64,000 nt of DNA from an uncultured Aliarcobacter sp. (GTDB lineage Bacteria > Campylobacterota > Campylobacteria > Campylobacterales > Arcobacteraceae), in the NCBI GenBank assembly GCA_963677435.1, contig OY781945.1, positions 2,816,001 through 2,880,000 of the forward strand. Reading direction: 5' to 3'. The position numbers and the translations under genes were made by a program. Position 1 is the first letter of the stretch. Each line of letters opens with the position of its first letter. The notes under the pieces were generated by a model, which searched no databases, was not told the origin of the DNA, and saw only the letters and a program-made list of their open reading frames with translations. Shown one piece after another: positions 50,068-58,703 of the stretch.

Positions 50068-50175
50068 TCTTGTCCTTTATTTATTTTATTAAATCAATTT
50101 TATAATGAAATAACTTAAATTTGTTACTTTTTCCTTAATAGTAATTTACTATTAATTTTATTGTTAAGGAAAAAT

Positions 50176-50430
50176 ATGACAATCGATGAAAAGTTTGATT
50201 TAATATTAAAAAAAATTGAACAAATAGAAAAACAACTGCAAGGCAAACAAGATCTCACTAAGCGTTCTAATGTAAAAGAGTATTTAAATATCTCTGAGGG
50301 TACATTAAACAACTACATGAAAGATGGAAGATTTAAACAAGGTGTTCATTATACTAAAGATTTTAAGGGATTAAAGTCTAAAATCGTTTTTATAGAAAGT
50401 GCGATTATAAATTTCAAAGGTAATAAATGA
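50176..50430 (+). CDS. Excisionase/AlpA-like winged-HTH protein
   Basis: VKEYLNISEGTLNNYMKDGRF..GVHY; AAGGA RBS before ATG 50176; ATGA overlap with the integrase. Confidence 0.8.
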   Translation: MTIDEKFDLILKKIEQIEKQLQGKQDLTKRSNVKEYLNISEGTLNNYMKDGRFKQGVHYTKDFKGLKSKIVFIESAIINFKGNK

Positions 50431-51473
50431 CTTTTATTAATCGTAATGACATTTTATATGTTTCAATTAATGGTATAAGAAAATCAACTAAATTAAAATA
50501 TTCAAAAGAGAATATTAAAAAGTTTAAATCTTATTGTCAAGATGATGAGTTCTTACAAAAGTTTAATGTTAAAAAAAACAATGTTAAAACTCTTGTTCAA
50601 TGTTGTGTTTATGTTTTAGCAGATAAAGAAAAAACATTGAAACCGTCTTCTTATGATTCTTATTTTTCTTTGTTTACTAGTTTTATTGTACCTTATTTTA
50701 AAAATAAGTTAGTAACAGAGATTAAACCTCTTGATATTAATCATTTTTATAATACATTTAAAGATAAAAGTACTTTAAATACTTGTAATGTTATATTAAA
50801 ACTAGCATTTGAAAAAGCTATTTTGTCTGAATATATAAAAACTTCTCCTATTATAATTTCTAAGCCTAAAATTACAAGTAATTATGTGCCACAACCTTTT
50901 AACATGGAAGAATTAAAACTTATTCTTAATACTGCAACAGGTCAATTTTTAAATATATTGGGAATAGCTTTTTTTACAGGTATGAGAATAGGAGAAATAA
51001 TATCTCTTAAATGGATAGACATTGATTTTATAAATGAAACTATAGATATTAATACGACTATGTATCGTGGAAGATTACAGACACCTAAGACAATAGGTTC
51101 AAGAGCTGTTATTGATTTACCAATAGAAGCTAAACAATATTTCTTATCTCAAAGAAAAATGACTGGTTTAAAAGAGTATTTGTTCTATACTAGATTTAAT
51201 AAGCCTTATACTAATCATGCAAGTATTAATTTTAAGTTGTATTTACTTCTTAAAGAATTAAATTTAAATCAAAGAGGGATTCATCAAACTAGGCATACAT
51301 TTGCAAGTTTAAAGCTTTCCTATGGTGAGCAGTTAAATTGGGTTTCTTTTATGCTTAGACATGATAGTCCATCGTTTACGCAAAAAGTATATTATAAGTA
51401 TATTCCAAGAAAAAAAGAAAAAAGAGTAGTGTTTGAAATTGAGGATAACTCAAAAGATGCACATATAGTTTAA
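50427..51473 (+). CDS. Tyrosine recombinase/integrase
   Basis: TGMRIGEI..LKW.DID, TPKT, HQTRHTFAS, LRH, and catalytic Tyr in VYYKY. Confidence 0.95.
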   Translation: MTFINRNDILYVSINGIRKSTKLKYSKENIKKFKSYCQDDEFLQKFNVKKNNVKTLVQCCVYVLADKEKTLKPSSYDSYFSLFTSFIVPYFKNKLVTEIKPLDINHFYNTFKDKSTLNTCNVILKLAFEKAILSEYIKTSPIIISKPKITSNYVPQPFNMEELKLILNTATGQFLNILGIAFFTGMRIGEIISLKWIDIDFINETIDINTTMYRGRLQTPKTIGSRAVIDLPIEAKQYFLSQRKMTGLKEYLFYTRFNKPYTNHASINFKLYLLLKELNLNQRGIHQTRHTFASLKLSYGEQLNWVSFMLRHDSPSFTQKVYYKYIPRKKEKRVVFEIEDNSKDAHIV

Positions 51474-51498
51474 GGGGACGGTTATATCGTTCTCTTTT
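51472..51498 (+). terminator. Terminator after integrase, abutting attR
   Basis: AAGGGGACGG-TTATA-TCGTTCTCTT followed by TT. Confidence 0.55.
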
Positions 51499-51512
51499 AT
51501 TAACAAAAATTT
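51498..51512 (+). repeat. attR core
   Basis: TATTAACAAAAATTT, identical to 38824-38838, 25 bp after the integrase stop. Confidence 0.8.
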
Positions 51513-51543
51513 TGTACAATAACAAAAAATAATTGGGGTTTAC

Positions 51544-52017
51544 ATGGATTTAATGAGTTATATTGATAAGGGTGGAATTATTGTTTATATTTTGATTATA
51601 TTAAATGTAATTGGATTTACTATTATTTTATGGAAATTTTTTACACTTCCTAGAAAAAATGCAATGATTAATAAGATAAAAAATAAAGTAACTATTAATT
51701 CATCTGTTTTATCTCAAATTGAATATGAAGTAAAAAAACTGGAATCAGGGTTAACTATTATAAAAAATATTGCAACTATTGCTCCACTTCTTGGACTTTT
51801 AGGAACAGTAATTGGAGTTTATAAATCATTTGAAGCTATAACTCAAAATGGTTTAGGAGATCCTACAATTTTCTCAAATGGAATTTCAATAGCTTTGATT
51901 ACAACAATTGCTGGTTTAATTGTTGCCATTCCTCACCAAATTGCTTACAATCATTTTATTTCAATGATTGATGGAATTGAATTAAAAGCTAAAAAAGAGC
52001 TAGTTGGGCAAGATTAA
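51544..52017 (+). CDS. exbB: MotA/TolQ/ExbB proton channel (second copy)
   Basis: IAPLLGLLGTVIG, GISIALITTIAGLIVAIP; close paralogue of 7293-7802. Confidence 0.9.
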   Translation: MDLMSYIDKGGIIVYILIILNVIGFTIILWKFFTLPRKNAMINKIKNKVTINSSVLSQIEYEVKKLESGLTIIKNIATIAPLLGLLGTVIGVYKSFEAITQNGLGDPTIFSNGISIALITTIAGLIVAIPHQIAYNHFISMIDGIELKAKKELVGQD

Positions 52018-52018
52018 A

Positions 52019-52411
52019 ATGAAAAGAAGAGAATCTTTAGGTTTAGATTTAACACCTGTTATTGATGTTGTTTTTATTCTTTTAATCTTTTTTATCGTTA
52101 CTTCTGTTTTTAAAAAAGAAGAATTGGCCTTAATTTTGAATTTACCAACGGCAAATGCAAAAGAAATGAAAATTGATGAAGAACAAATTTTTATTGAACT
52201 TAGTCAAAATAAATTAGCTATAAAAGGAATTGAAGTATCATTTGCTTCTTTAGAAGATAATTTAAAAGCTATAAAAAACAAAGAGAAAGCCGTGATAGTA
52301 AGGATAGATAAAAAAGTAGAATATGAAAGAGTAGTAAAAGTATTAGATTTATTACAAAAATATAATCTTACAAACCTTGCTCTAGTTACAAATCAAGAAG
52401 CAAAAAACTAG
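52019..52411 (+). CDS. exbD: ExbD/TolR-family protein (second copy)
   Basis: DLTPVIDVVFILLIFF; likely start MKRRES at 52019. Confidence 0.9.
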   Translation: MKRRESLGLDLTPVIDVVFILLIFFIVTSVFKKEELALILNLPTANAKEMKIDEEQIFIELSQNKLAIKGIEVSFASLEDNLKAIKNKEKAVIVRIDKKVEYERVVKVLDLLQKYNLTNLALVTNQEAKN

Positions 52412-52467
52412 TCATAATAAAAGAATTTAACAATTTCTTAATAAAAGAGTACATTTTCTTATTTTTG

Positions 52468-52476
52468 TGCTATAAT
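52468..52476 (+). promoter_or_regulatory. Extended -10 promoter of cold-shock gene
   Basis: TGCTATAAT about 150 bp upstream of the csp start, implying a long 5' UTR. Confidence 0.65.
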
Positions 52477-52624
52477 GTCTGCATTGAAAGATGGTTTAGG
52501 GTTCATCTATAGTTTATGTTTTTCTTGTAACGCTAGTTTTAAGTACACACTCAATCTAAAGAATTCTCAATTTTATATCTTCAACGCTTTAGAAATGAAG
52601 TATTTTAAAAAAAAAGGGGTTACA

Positions 52625-52843
52625 ATGGCAACATTAGTAAACGGAACAGTTAAATGGTTTAATAGCGAAAAAGGTTATGGTTTTATCGAGCAAGAAAATG
52701 GTGGGAAAGATGTATTCGTACATTACAGAAACATCAACAATTCTGGTTATGGAAGAGTTTCATTAAATGACGGTCAAAAAGTTACTTTTGAAGTTGGTCA
52801 AGGTGAAAAAGGTCTTCAAGCAGAAAACGTAACAGCTTTATAA
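52625..52843 (+). CDS. cspA: Cold-shock protein (CspA family)
   Basis: [15 protein letters not shown] (RNP1), DVFVHY (RNP2); 72 aa from ATG 52625. Confidence 0.95.
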   Translation: MATLVNGTVKWFNSEKGYGFIEQENGGKDVFVHYRNINNSGYGRVSLNDGQKVTFEVGQGEKGLQAENVTAL

Positions 52844-52860
52844 TTTTAGCTTTACTATTT

Positions 52861-52897
52861 AAAAAGGGAAAGAGTTTTTACTCTTTCCCTTTTTTTT
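52861..52897. terminator. Bidirectional intrinsic terminator
   Basis: AAAAAGGGAAAGAGT-TTTT-ACTCTTTCCCTTTTTTTT. Confidence 0.85.
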
Positions 52898-53279
52898 ATT
52901 GTAATTTTTCTTCTTCTAATAACTGCCTATATTCATCATCAGTAAAAATTCTTGATTTTGTAATAAACTGATAACCTAAATCTATTTCTAGAGAAAATGA
53001 ATTCCCAAAAGCCGCTTTTTCAGCTCTTACATCTATTGTAATAAATGAATGTTTAAAGTACTCAAATTGATCTTTATCTATAAAAAATTCACAACCACAA
53101 ATTTCACCCATTTTTACATTACGACTAGGAACATAAAAATCGCCCTTTTCATAACACATAGGAGCAGTTCCATCACAGCAACCACCACTTTGGTTAAAGA
53201 CTAATTCACCGTGTAACTCTTTTAACTTTTCTATAACTTCTGCAGCTGCAGGCGTTACATCTACTCTTTGTGTTGACAT
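52896..53279 (-). CDS. DUF779-family protein
   Basis: QSGGCCDGTAPMCY, SFSLE; usual neighbour of this ALDH family; start MSTQRV after AAGGA. Confidence 0.9.
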   Translation of the reverse strand: MSTQRVDVTPAAAEVIEKLKELHGELVFNQSGGCCDGTAPMCYEKGDFYVPSRNVKMGEICGCEFFIDKDQFEYFKHSFITIDVRAEKAAFGNSFSLEIDLGYQFITKSRIFTDDEYRQLLEEEKLQ

Positions 53280-53300
53280 TTTATATCCTTTACACAACGA

Positions 53301-53337
53301 AAAAAACCCATAGAGGAGAACTTTCTATGGGTTTTTT
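53301..53337 (-). terminator. Terminator-like hairpin between ALDH and DUF779 genes
   Basis: AAAAAACCCATAGAGG...CTTTCTATGGGTTTTTT. Confidence 0.65.
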
Positions 53338-53361
53338 GTATTTTTCTTTTAGAATTCAATC

Positions 53362-54858
53362 CTAAAAGAATCCTAATTTATTTTTATTGTAAGAAGTTAA
53401 AATATTTTTAGTATGTCTGTAAGAGTTTAACATCATCATGTGAGTTTCTCTTCCGATACCTGATTTTTTGTATCCACCAAATGATGCATGTGATGGATAG
53501 ATATGATAACAATTTACCCAAACTCTTCCAGCTTCAATTCCTCTTGAGAATTTATGTAATTGGTGAGCATCTCTTGACCAAACACCTGAACCTAATCCAT
53601 AAATTGTATCATTTGCAATTGCTAATGCTTCTTCTTCATCTTTAAAAGTTGTAACAGCAAGTACAGGTCCAAAAATTTCTTCTTGGAAAATTCTCATTTT
53701 GTTATGACCTTTGAATAGTGTTGGTTGAATATAGAAACCATTTGGATTAGTTTCTGATTCGTAAACATCACCACCGATTAATAATTCAGCACCCTCTTCT
53801 TTACCAATTTTGATATATTCAGTAATTTTTTCTTTTTGATTTAAAGAACATTGAGCACCCATCATACAATCTGTATCTAAAGGATTTCCTAATTTAATAG
53901 CTTTTACTCTTTCAAGTACTCTTGCCATAAATGGCTCATAAATTGACTCTTGAATTAATGCTCTTGATGGACAAGTACAAACTTCTCCTGAGTTAAATGC
54001 AAACAGTACTAAACCTTCAATTGCTTTATCAAAGAATTCATCATCTGCGTCCATAATTGATTCTAGGAAGATATTTGGTGATTTTCCACCAAGTTCTAAA
54101 GTTGAAGGAATAATATTTTCAGTAGCATATTGCATAATTAACTGACCAGTTGTAGTTTCACCAGTGAATCCAACTTTTTTAACTAATGGGTGAGTTGAAA
54201 GGAATTTACCAATTTTTCCACCAGCACCATTAATAATGTTAATAACACCTTTTGGTAATACATCTTGTACTGCTTCCATTAATAATAAAATTGACATAGG
54301 AGTAGCAGATGCAGGTTTCATAACAACACAATTTCCAGCAGCAATTGCAGGAGCTAATTTCCATGCAGCCATTAATAATGGGAAATTCCAAGGAATAATT
54401 TGTGCAACAACACCATATGGCTCATGAATTTCTTGAGAGATTGTATTTTCATCTAAATCTGAAACCGTTCCTGATTCTGCTCTAATAACTGATGCAAAAT
54501 ATCTAAAATGATCTACAACTAAAGGAACATCTGCATTTAAAGTTTCTCTAATCGCTTTACCATTATCTAAAGTTTCCGCAATTGCAAGTTTTTCTAAATT
54601 TGCTTCAATTGCATCTGCCATTTTATTTAATAAGTTACTTCTTTCAACAACAGATGTGTGTTTAAAAGATTGAAATGCTTTATCAGCAGCAAAAATTGCA
54701 GCTTCAACATCTGCTTCATTTGATCTTGGAATTCTTGTTAAGATTTCACCATCAACTGGAGAAATATTATCAAAATACTCACCACTTGTTGGAGCAACCC
54801 ATTCTCCACCGATGAAGTTCTCATATTGAGCTTTATATGTTGGTTTACTGTAAATCAT
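53362..54858 (-). CDS. aldB: NAD-dependent aldehyde dehydrogenase (AldB/AcoD/ExaC family)
   Basis: IIPWNFP, GFTGETTTG, LELGGKSP, catalytic GEVCTC, EEIFGPV, FGGYKKSGIGRETH. Confidence 0.92.
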   Translation of the reverse strand: MIYSKPTYKAQYENFIGGEWVAPTSGEYFDNISPVDGEILTRIPRSNEADVEAAIFAADKAFQSFKHTSVVERSNLLNKMADAIEANLEKLAIAETLDNGKAIRETLNADVPLVVDHFRYFASVIRAESGTVSDLDENTISQEIHEPYGVVAQIIPWNFPLLMAAWKLAPAIAAGNCVVMKPASATPMSILLLMEAVQDVLPKGVINIINGAGGKIGKFLSTHPLVKKVGFTGETTTGQLIMQYATENIIPSTLELGGKSPNIFLESIMDADDEFFDKAIEGLVLFAFNSGEVCTCPSRALIQESIYEPFMARVLERVKAIKLGNPLDTDCMMGAQCSLNQKEKITEYIKIGKEEGAELLIGGDVYESETNPNGFYIQPTLFKGHNKMRIFQEEIFGPVLAVTTFKDEEEALAIANDTIYGLGSGVWSRDAHQLHKFSRGIEAGRVWVNCYHIYPSHASFGGYKKSGIGRETHMMMLNSYRHTKNILTSYNKNKLGFF

Positions 54859-54947
54859 TTTAATATCCTTTTTGTTTAATTATATTTTGAAAAGAGTGTT
54901 AAATTTATTAACTAATCTTTTCACATAACGAAATTCTACACGACAAT

Positions 54948-54987
54948 TATAGCATGAATAAAGCCATAGTATAGCATAAGTATAGCG
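54948..54987. promoter_or_regulatory. Four direct repeats at 11-bp phasing (OmpR/PhoB-type binding site candidate)
   Basis: TATAGCA 54948, TAAAGCC 54959, TATAGCA 54970, TATAGCG 54981, just upstream of a minus-strand TAGAAT -10 (54933-54938). Confidence 0.65.
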
Positions 54988-55078
54988 GTGCTAAGTTTTG
55001 TTACAAAATACCGTATTTTCAAGCTTTTTATGATTTTTTTTTCTTTGAAAAATTTAAATTATCTGCTACAATTTTTTT

Positions 55079-56989
55079 ATGAAAACATATAATTACACAT
55101 TAAATAAGAAGCCTTTAGATGAATTGATAGATTTTTCTTTATTCAAAGATGAAAAAAATATATTAGTTCAAATATTTTGTGGTGATAAAAAGAATATTTT
55201 AGAAGAAATATTAAATATTATTACAAAACAACTACCTCATGCTATTTGCATTGGTTCTTCAACAGATGGAGAGATAAATAATGCTGAAATTACGACACTC
55301 AAAACAGTAATATCAATCTCAACTTTTGAAAAGACTACATTAAAAACAATTCATATTGATGAAGAGAACTCTTTTAAAAATGGAGTTTTACTTGCTCAAG
55401 CTTTATGTTGTGAAAATACAAAACTACTATTAACATTCACAGATGGTGGAACAACAAATGGTGAAGAGTTTTTAAATGGTATCGCTTCAATTAATAATAG
55501 TGTTTTAGTTTCAGGTGGAATGGCTGGAGATAATGCTCATTTTACTCAAACATTTATCTCTTCTCAAAATAACATATTAACAAGAGGATCTGTTGGAGTA
55601 TCTTTTAATTCAGATTATTTAAAAGTGTGTAATGCATATAACTTTAACTGGTCTCCAATTGGAATAGAACATGAAATTGAAGAAGTTGATGGGAATAGAG
55701 TATATAAAATTGATGGTTTAAAACCTTTAGATTTTTATAAAAAATATTTAGGAGAATATGTTGCTAAATCTCTTCCTGCAACTGGAATTGAATTTCCATT
55801 AATTGTACAAAAAAATAATATCCCTCTAGCAAGGGCAGTTATTGCAAAACATGATGATGGAAGTTTAAGTTTTGCAGGAAATTTACATAAAGGTGACATT
55901 GTAAAATTAGGTTTTGGTAATGTTGAACTAATGATGAATAATCCTCTTAAATCTTTATTTAACAAATGTAAAATAAAAAATACTGAATCATTTTTTATAT
56001 ACGCATGTATGGCAAGAAGAAGATATATGCCAAATCTTATTGATGTTGAGATTAGCCCATTTTCTCAAATTGCTACTACTTCTGGTTTTTTTACCTATGG
56101 AGAATTTTATCATCACCATGACCATAATGAGTTATTAAATCAAACTTTAACAGTTCTTGCTCTTAGTGAAAAAGAGATAGAACAAGAAGATGAAGGAAAT
56201 GATAAAGAGTTACAAGATACAACACTAAGTGACCATGCTAGAAGTTTACAAGCACTTACACATTTAATTCAACAATCTTCAGAAGATTACAGTAAACAAT
56301 CAAAAGAGTTAGAAATTGGAAATACTTATGCACAGAATTTAATTACTGCACAAAAACAGTTTTTAAAATATGCTATTCATGAAACAAATACACCATTATC
56401 AATTATTATGGGTAATATTGATATGTTTGAAATTCAATTTGGGAAAAATAAATATCTAACAAATATTGAAATCGCTATGAAAAATATCTTTAGTATTTAT
56501 GATGATTTGAGTTATTTAGTAAAAAAAGATCAAGTTAATAAAGCAACTCATAGAATAAATTTAATTGATTTCATAAGAAGTAGAATAGATTTTTTTACCC
56601 AAACAGCAATTAGATTTAAATCAAAATTTGAATTCATTTGTAATTATGATGAAATTATTTTAAATTTTAATGAGATAAAACTTCAAAGAATTGTAGATAA
56701 TAATCTTACAAATGCAATCAAATATACCTTACCAAATGAGACAATATATGTAATTTTACGAATATTTAATAAAGAGGATTGTGATTTAATAATAGAGAGT
56801 CGTTCAGCTCAAATTTTAGATCCTCAAAAAATATTTGAAGAGTATTATAGAGAAGAGGTTTCTCAAGAAGGTTTTGGACTTGGATTAAATTTAGTAAAAA
56901 GAATCTGTAGTGAAGAAAATGTTGGAATTAAACTAGAATCTGGTGAAAATTGGGCTTCATTCACTTACACTTTTAAAGGAGTATTATGA
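55079..56989 (+). CDS. Cytoplasmic FIST-domain sensor histidine kinase
   Basis: FIST_N/FIST_C motifs (GSSTDGEI, SGGMAGD, WSPIG, YACMARR, GFFTYGE, LLNQT), HETNTPL, NNLTNAIKY, GFGLGL. Confidence 0.9.
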   Translation: MKTYNYTLNKKPLDELIDFSLFKDEKNILVQIFCGDKKNILEEILNIITKQLPHAICIGSSTDGEINNAEITTLKTVISISTFEKTTLKTIHIDEENSFKNGVLLAQALCCENTKLLLTFTDGGTTNGEEFLNGIASINNSVLVSGGMAGDNAHFTQTFISSQNNILTRGSVGVSFNSDYLKVCNAYNFNWSPIGIEHEIEEVDGNRVYKIDGLKPLDFYKKYLGEYVAKSLPATGIEFPLIVQKNNIPLARAVIAKHDDGSLSFAGNLHKGDIVKLGFGNVELMMNNPLKSLFNKCKIKNTESFFIYACMARRRYMPNLIDVEISPFSQIATTSGFFTYGEFYHHHDHNELLNQTLTVLALSEKEIEQEDEGNDKELQDTTLSDHARSLQALTHLIQQSSEDYSKQSKELEIGNTYAQNLITAQKQFLKYAIHETNTPLSIIMGNIDMFEIQFGKNKYLTNIEIAMKNIFSIYDDLSYLVKKDQVNKATHRINLIDFIRSRIDFFTQTAIRFKSKFEFICNYDEIILNFNEIKLQRIVDNNLTNAIKYTLPNETIYVILRIFNKEDCDLIIESRSAQILDPQKIFEEYYREEVSQEGFGLGLNLVKRICSEENVGIKLESGENWASFTYTFKGVL

Positions 56990-57645
56990 AAATCTTATTA
57001 GTTGAAGATGATATTATGTTAAATGAGATGATAACAGAATATATAGCATCAACAGGTCATGTAATAAAAAGTGCAAAAACAGGAATGGAGTCACTGGAAA
57101 TTCTAGAAAAAGAGAAGTTTGATTTATTGATTTTAGATATTAATCTTCCTGATATTGATGGATTTACAATTTTAGAAAGATTACACGAACAAAAAAGAAT
57201 GGTTCCAACTATTTATATTTCTGCATTAATTGATATTGAAGAGATTTCAAGAGCTTTTGATTTAGGATGTTTTGATTATTTGAAAAAACCATTTCACTTA
57301 AAAGAGTTAACTTTACGAATTAACAAAATTTTAAAAACAAGAATAGTTCCCCAAAGACATAAAAGGTTATCAAAACATTATAGTTTTGACTCAGAGAACA
57401 TGACTCTTTTATACAACAATGAACCGCATATTTTACCAAAAAGACAACTTCAAATAATAGAACTGTTAGCCCTTAACAGAAGTTTAGTTGTTCAATACGA
57501 TATGTTTAGAACCTATGTTTGGAATGATGATTATATTGATAATGCAACAATAAGAGCAGAAGTGAATAGAGTAAAAACAGTTTTAAGGGAAGATTTTATA
57601 AAAAATATTCGTGGAAGTGGATATATGATTGAAAGACCTGAATAA
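56986..57645 (+). CDS. OmpR/PhoB-family response regulator
   Basis: LLVEDD, LDINLP, DYLKKPF, C-terminal IKNIRGSGY. Confidence 0.93.
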   Translation: MKILLVEDDIMLNEMITEYIASTGHVIKSAKTGMESLEILEKEKFDLLILDINLPDIDGFTILERLHEQKRMVPTIYISALIDIEEISRAFDLGCFDYLKKPFHLKELTLRINKILKTRIVPQRHKRLSKHYSFDSENMTLLYNNEPHILPKRQLQIIELLALNRSLVVQYDMFRTYVWNDDYIDNATIRAEVNRVKTVLREDFIKNIRGSGYMIERPE

Positions 57646-57676
57646 AAACTATCTTCAATATTTTGAAGATAGTTTT
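57645..57676. terminator. Bidirectional terminator
   Basis: AAAACTATCTTCAA-TATT-TTGAAGATAGTTTT (57646-57677 region). Confidence 0.75.
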
Positions 57677-57686
57677 ATAAAATAGA

Positions 57687-58703
57687 TTAGTTAGTTTTTA
57701 GCATTTCCCAATATTTTTCATACACTGGTAAAGCTTCTCCTACATCTAATTGAAGTTCACTATTTACTAAATCTTCTTCATTTGGATAAATCATTCTATT
57801 ATTTCTTGTTTTTTCATCTAAAAGTTCTAAAGTTTTTGCATTTGGAGAGGCATAACCAATCTCTTCACTAATTACTTTTGATACTTCAGGTTTTAATAAA
57901 TAATTGATAAAAGCTAAAGCATTATCAATATTTTTCGCACCTTTTGGAATAACTAAAGAATCAATCCATAAAAGAGCACCCTCTTTTGGATAGATATATT
58001 TAATCGCTTCATTCTCTTCATTTGCCATGAATCCCTCACCATTGAAGTTCATTCCAAGTTTTACTTCTTCATTTAAATAAACTTGTTTTTGAGATTCTGA
58101 ATAAAACATTTTTACATTTGGTAAAAGTTCTTTTAATTTTTTATAAGCTTCTTCTATCTCTTTTGGATTTGTTGAGTTTGAAGAGTATCCTAAAACTTTA
58201 AGAGCCATTCCAAAAACTTCTCTCATATCATCATTTAAAAGAATGCTATTTTTATATTCAGGATTCCATAAATTTTTCCATGAATCAATCTTGTCACTTA
58301 CTAAATTAGCGTTATAACTAATTCCTGTACTTCCCCATACATAAGGAATTGAATAATCATTATTTGGATCAAATGGTCTTGATAAAAGTTTTTTATCAAG
58401 ATTTTTATAATTTGGAAGTTTTGATTTATCAAGTTTTACTAACAAATTTTCTTTACTCATTTTATTTACATAATAAGTTGAAGGAACAATAACATCATAA
58501 CTTGAAGTACCAATCGTTTTGATTTTTGCATACATAGCTTCATTTGAATCATAAGTTGAATACTTAACTTTAATACCTGTCTCTTTTGTAAAGTTTTTCA
58601 ATACTGAATCGGGCATATATTCAGACCAGTTATATACATAAAGCACTTTTTCATTTGCGAAAAGTGTCAAAACAAGTGACATAAAAATAAAAATTAATTT
58701 CAT
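57687..58703 (-). CDS. potD: Spermidine/putrescine ABC substrate-binding protein
   Basis: YNWSEY, YDSNE, PSTYY, IPYVWGSTGI, PKEG..WID. Confidence 0.93.
   Translation of the reverse strand: MKLIFIFMSLVLTLFANEKVLYVYNWSEYMPDSVLKNFTKETGIKVKYSTYDSNEAMYAKIKTIGTSSYDVIVPSTYYVNKMSKENLLVKLDKSKLPNYKNLDKKLLSRPFDPNNDYSIPYVWGSTGISYNANLVSDKIDSWKNLWNPEYKNSILLNDDMREVFGMALKVLGYSSNSTNPKEIEEAYKKLKELLPNVKMFYSESQKQVYLNEEVKLGMNFNGEGFMANEENEAIKYIYPKEGALLWIDSLVIPKGAKNIDNALAFINYLLKPEVSKVISEEIGYASPNAKTLELLDEKTRNNRMIYPNEEDLVNSELQLDVGEALPVYEKYWEMLKTN

Larger units (their letters stand above)
38824..51512. mobile_element. Filamentous (inovirus-like) prophage, ~12.7 kb, with own tyrosine integrase
   Basis: Zot/pI ATPase, secretin, small coat-like TM proteins, pIII-like protein, HUH Rep, HTH repressor and xis-int, bounded by a 15-bp direct repeat. 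Confidence 0.93.

Noticed and set aside
52475..52624. N-terminal extension of the cold-shock protein
   Set aside because: The ATG overlaps the -10 box; the canonical 72-aa protein starts at 52625 behind AAGGGG.
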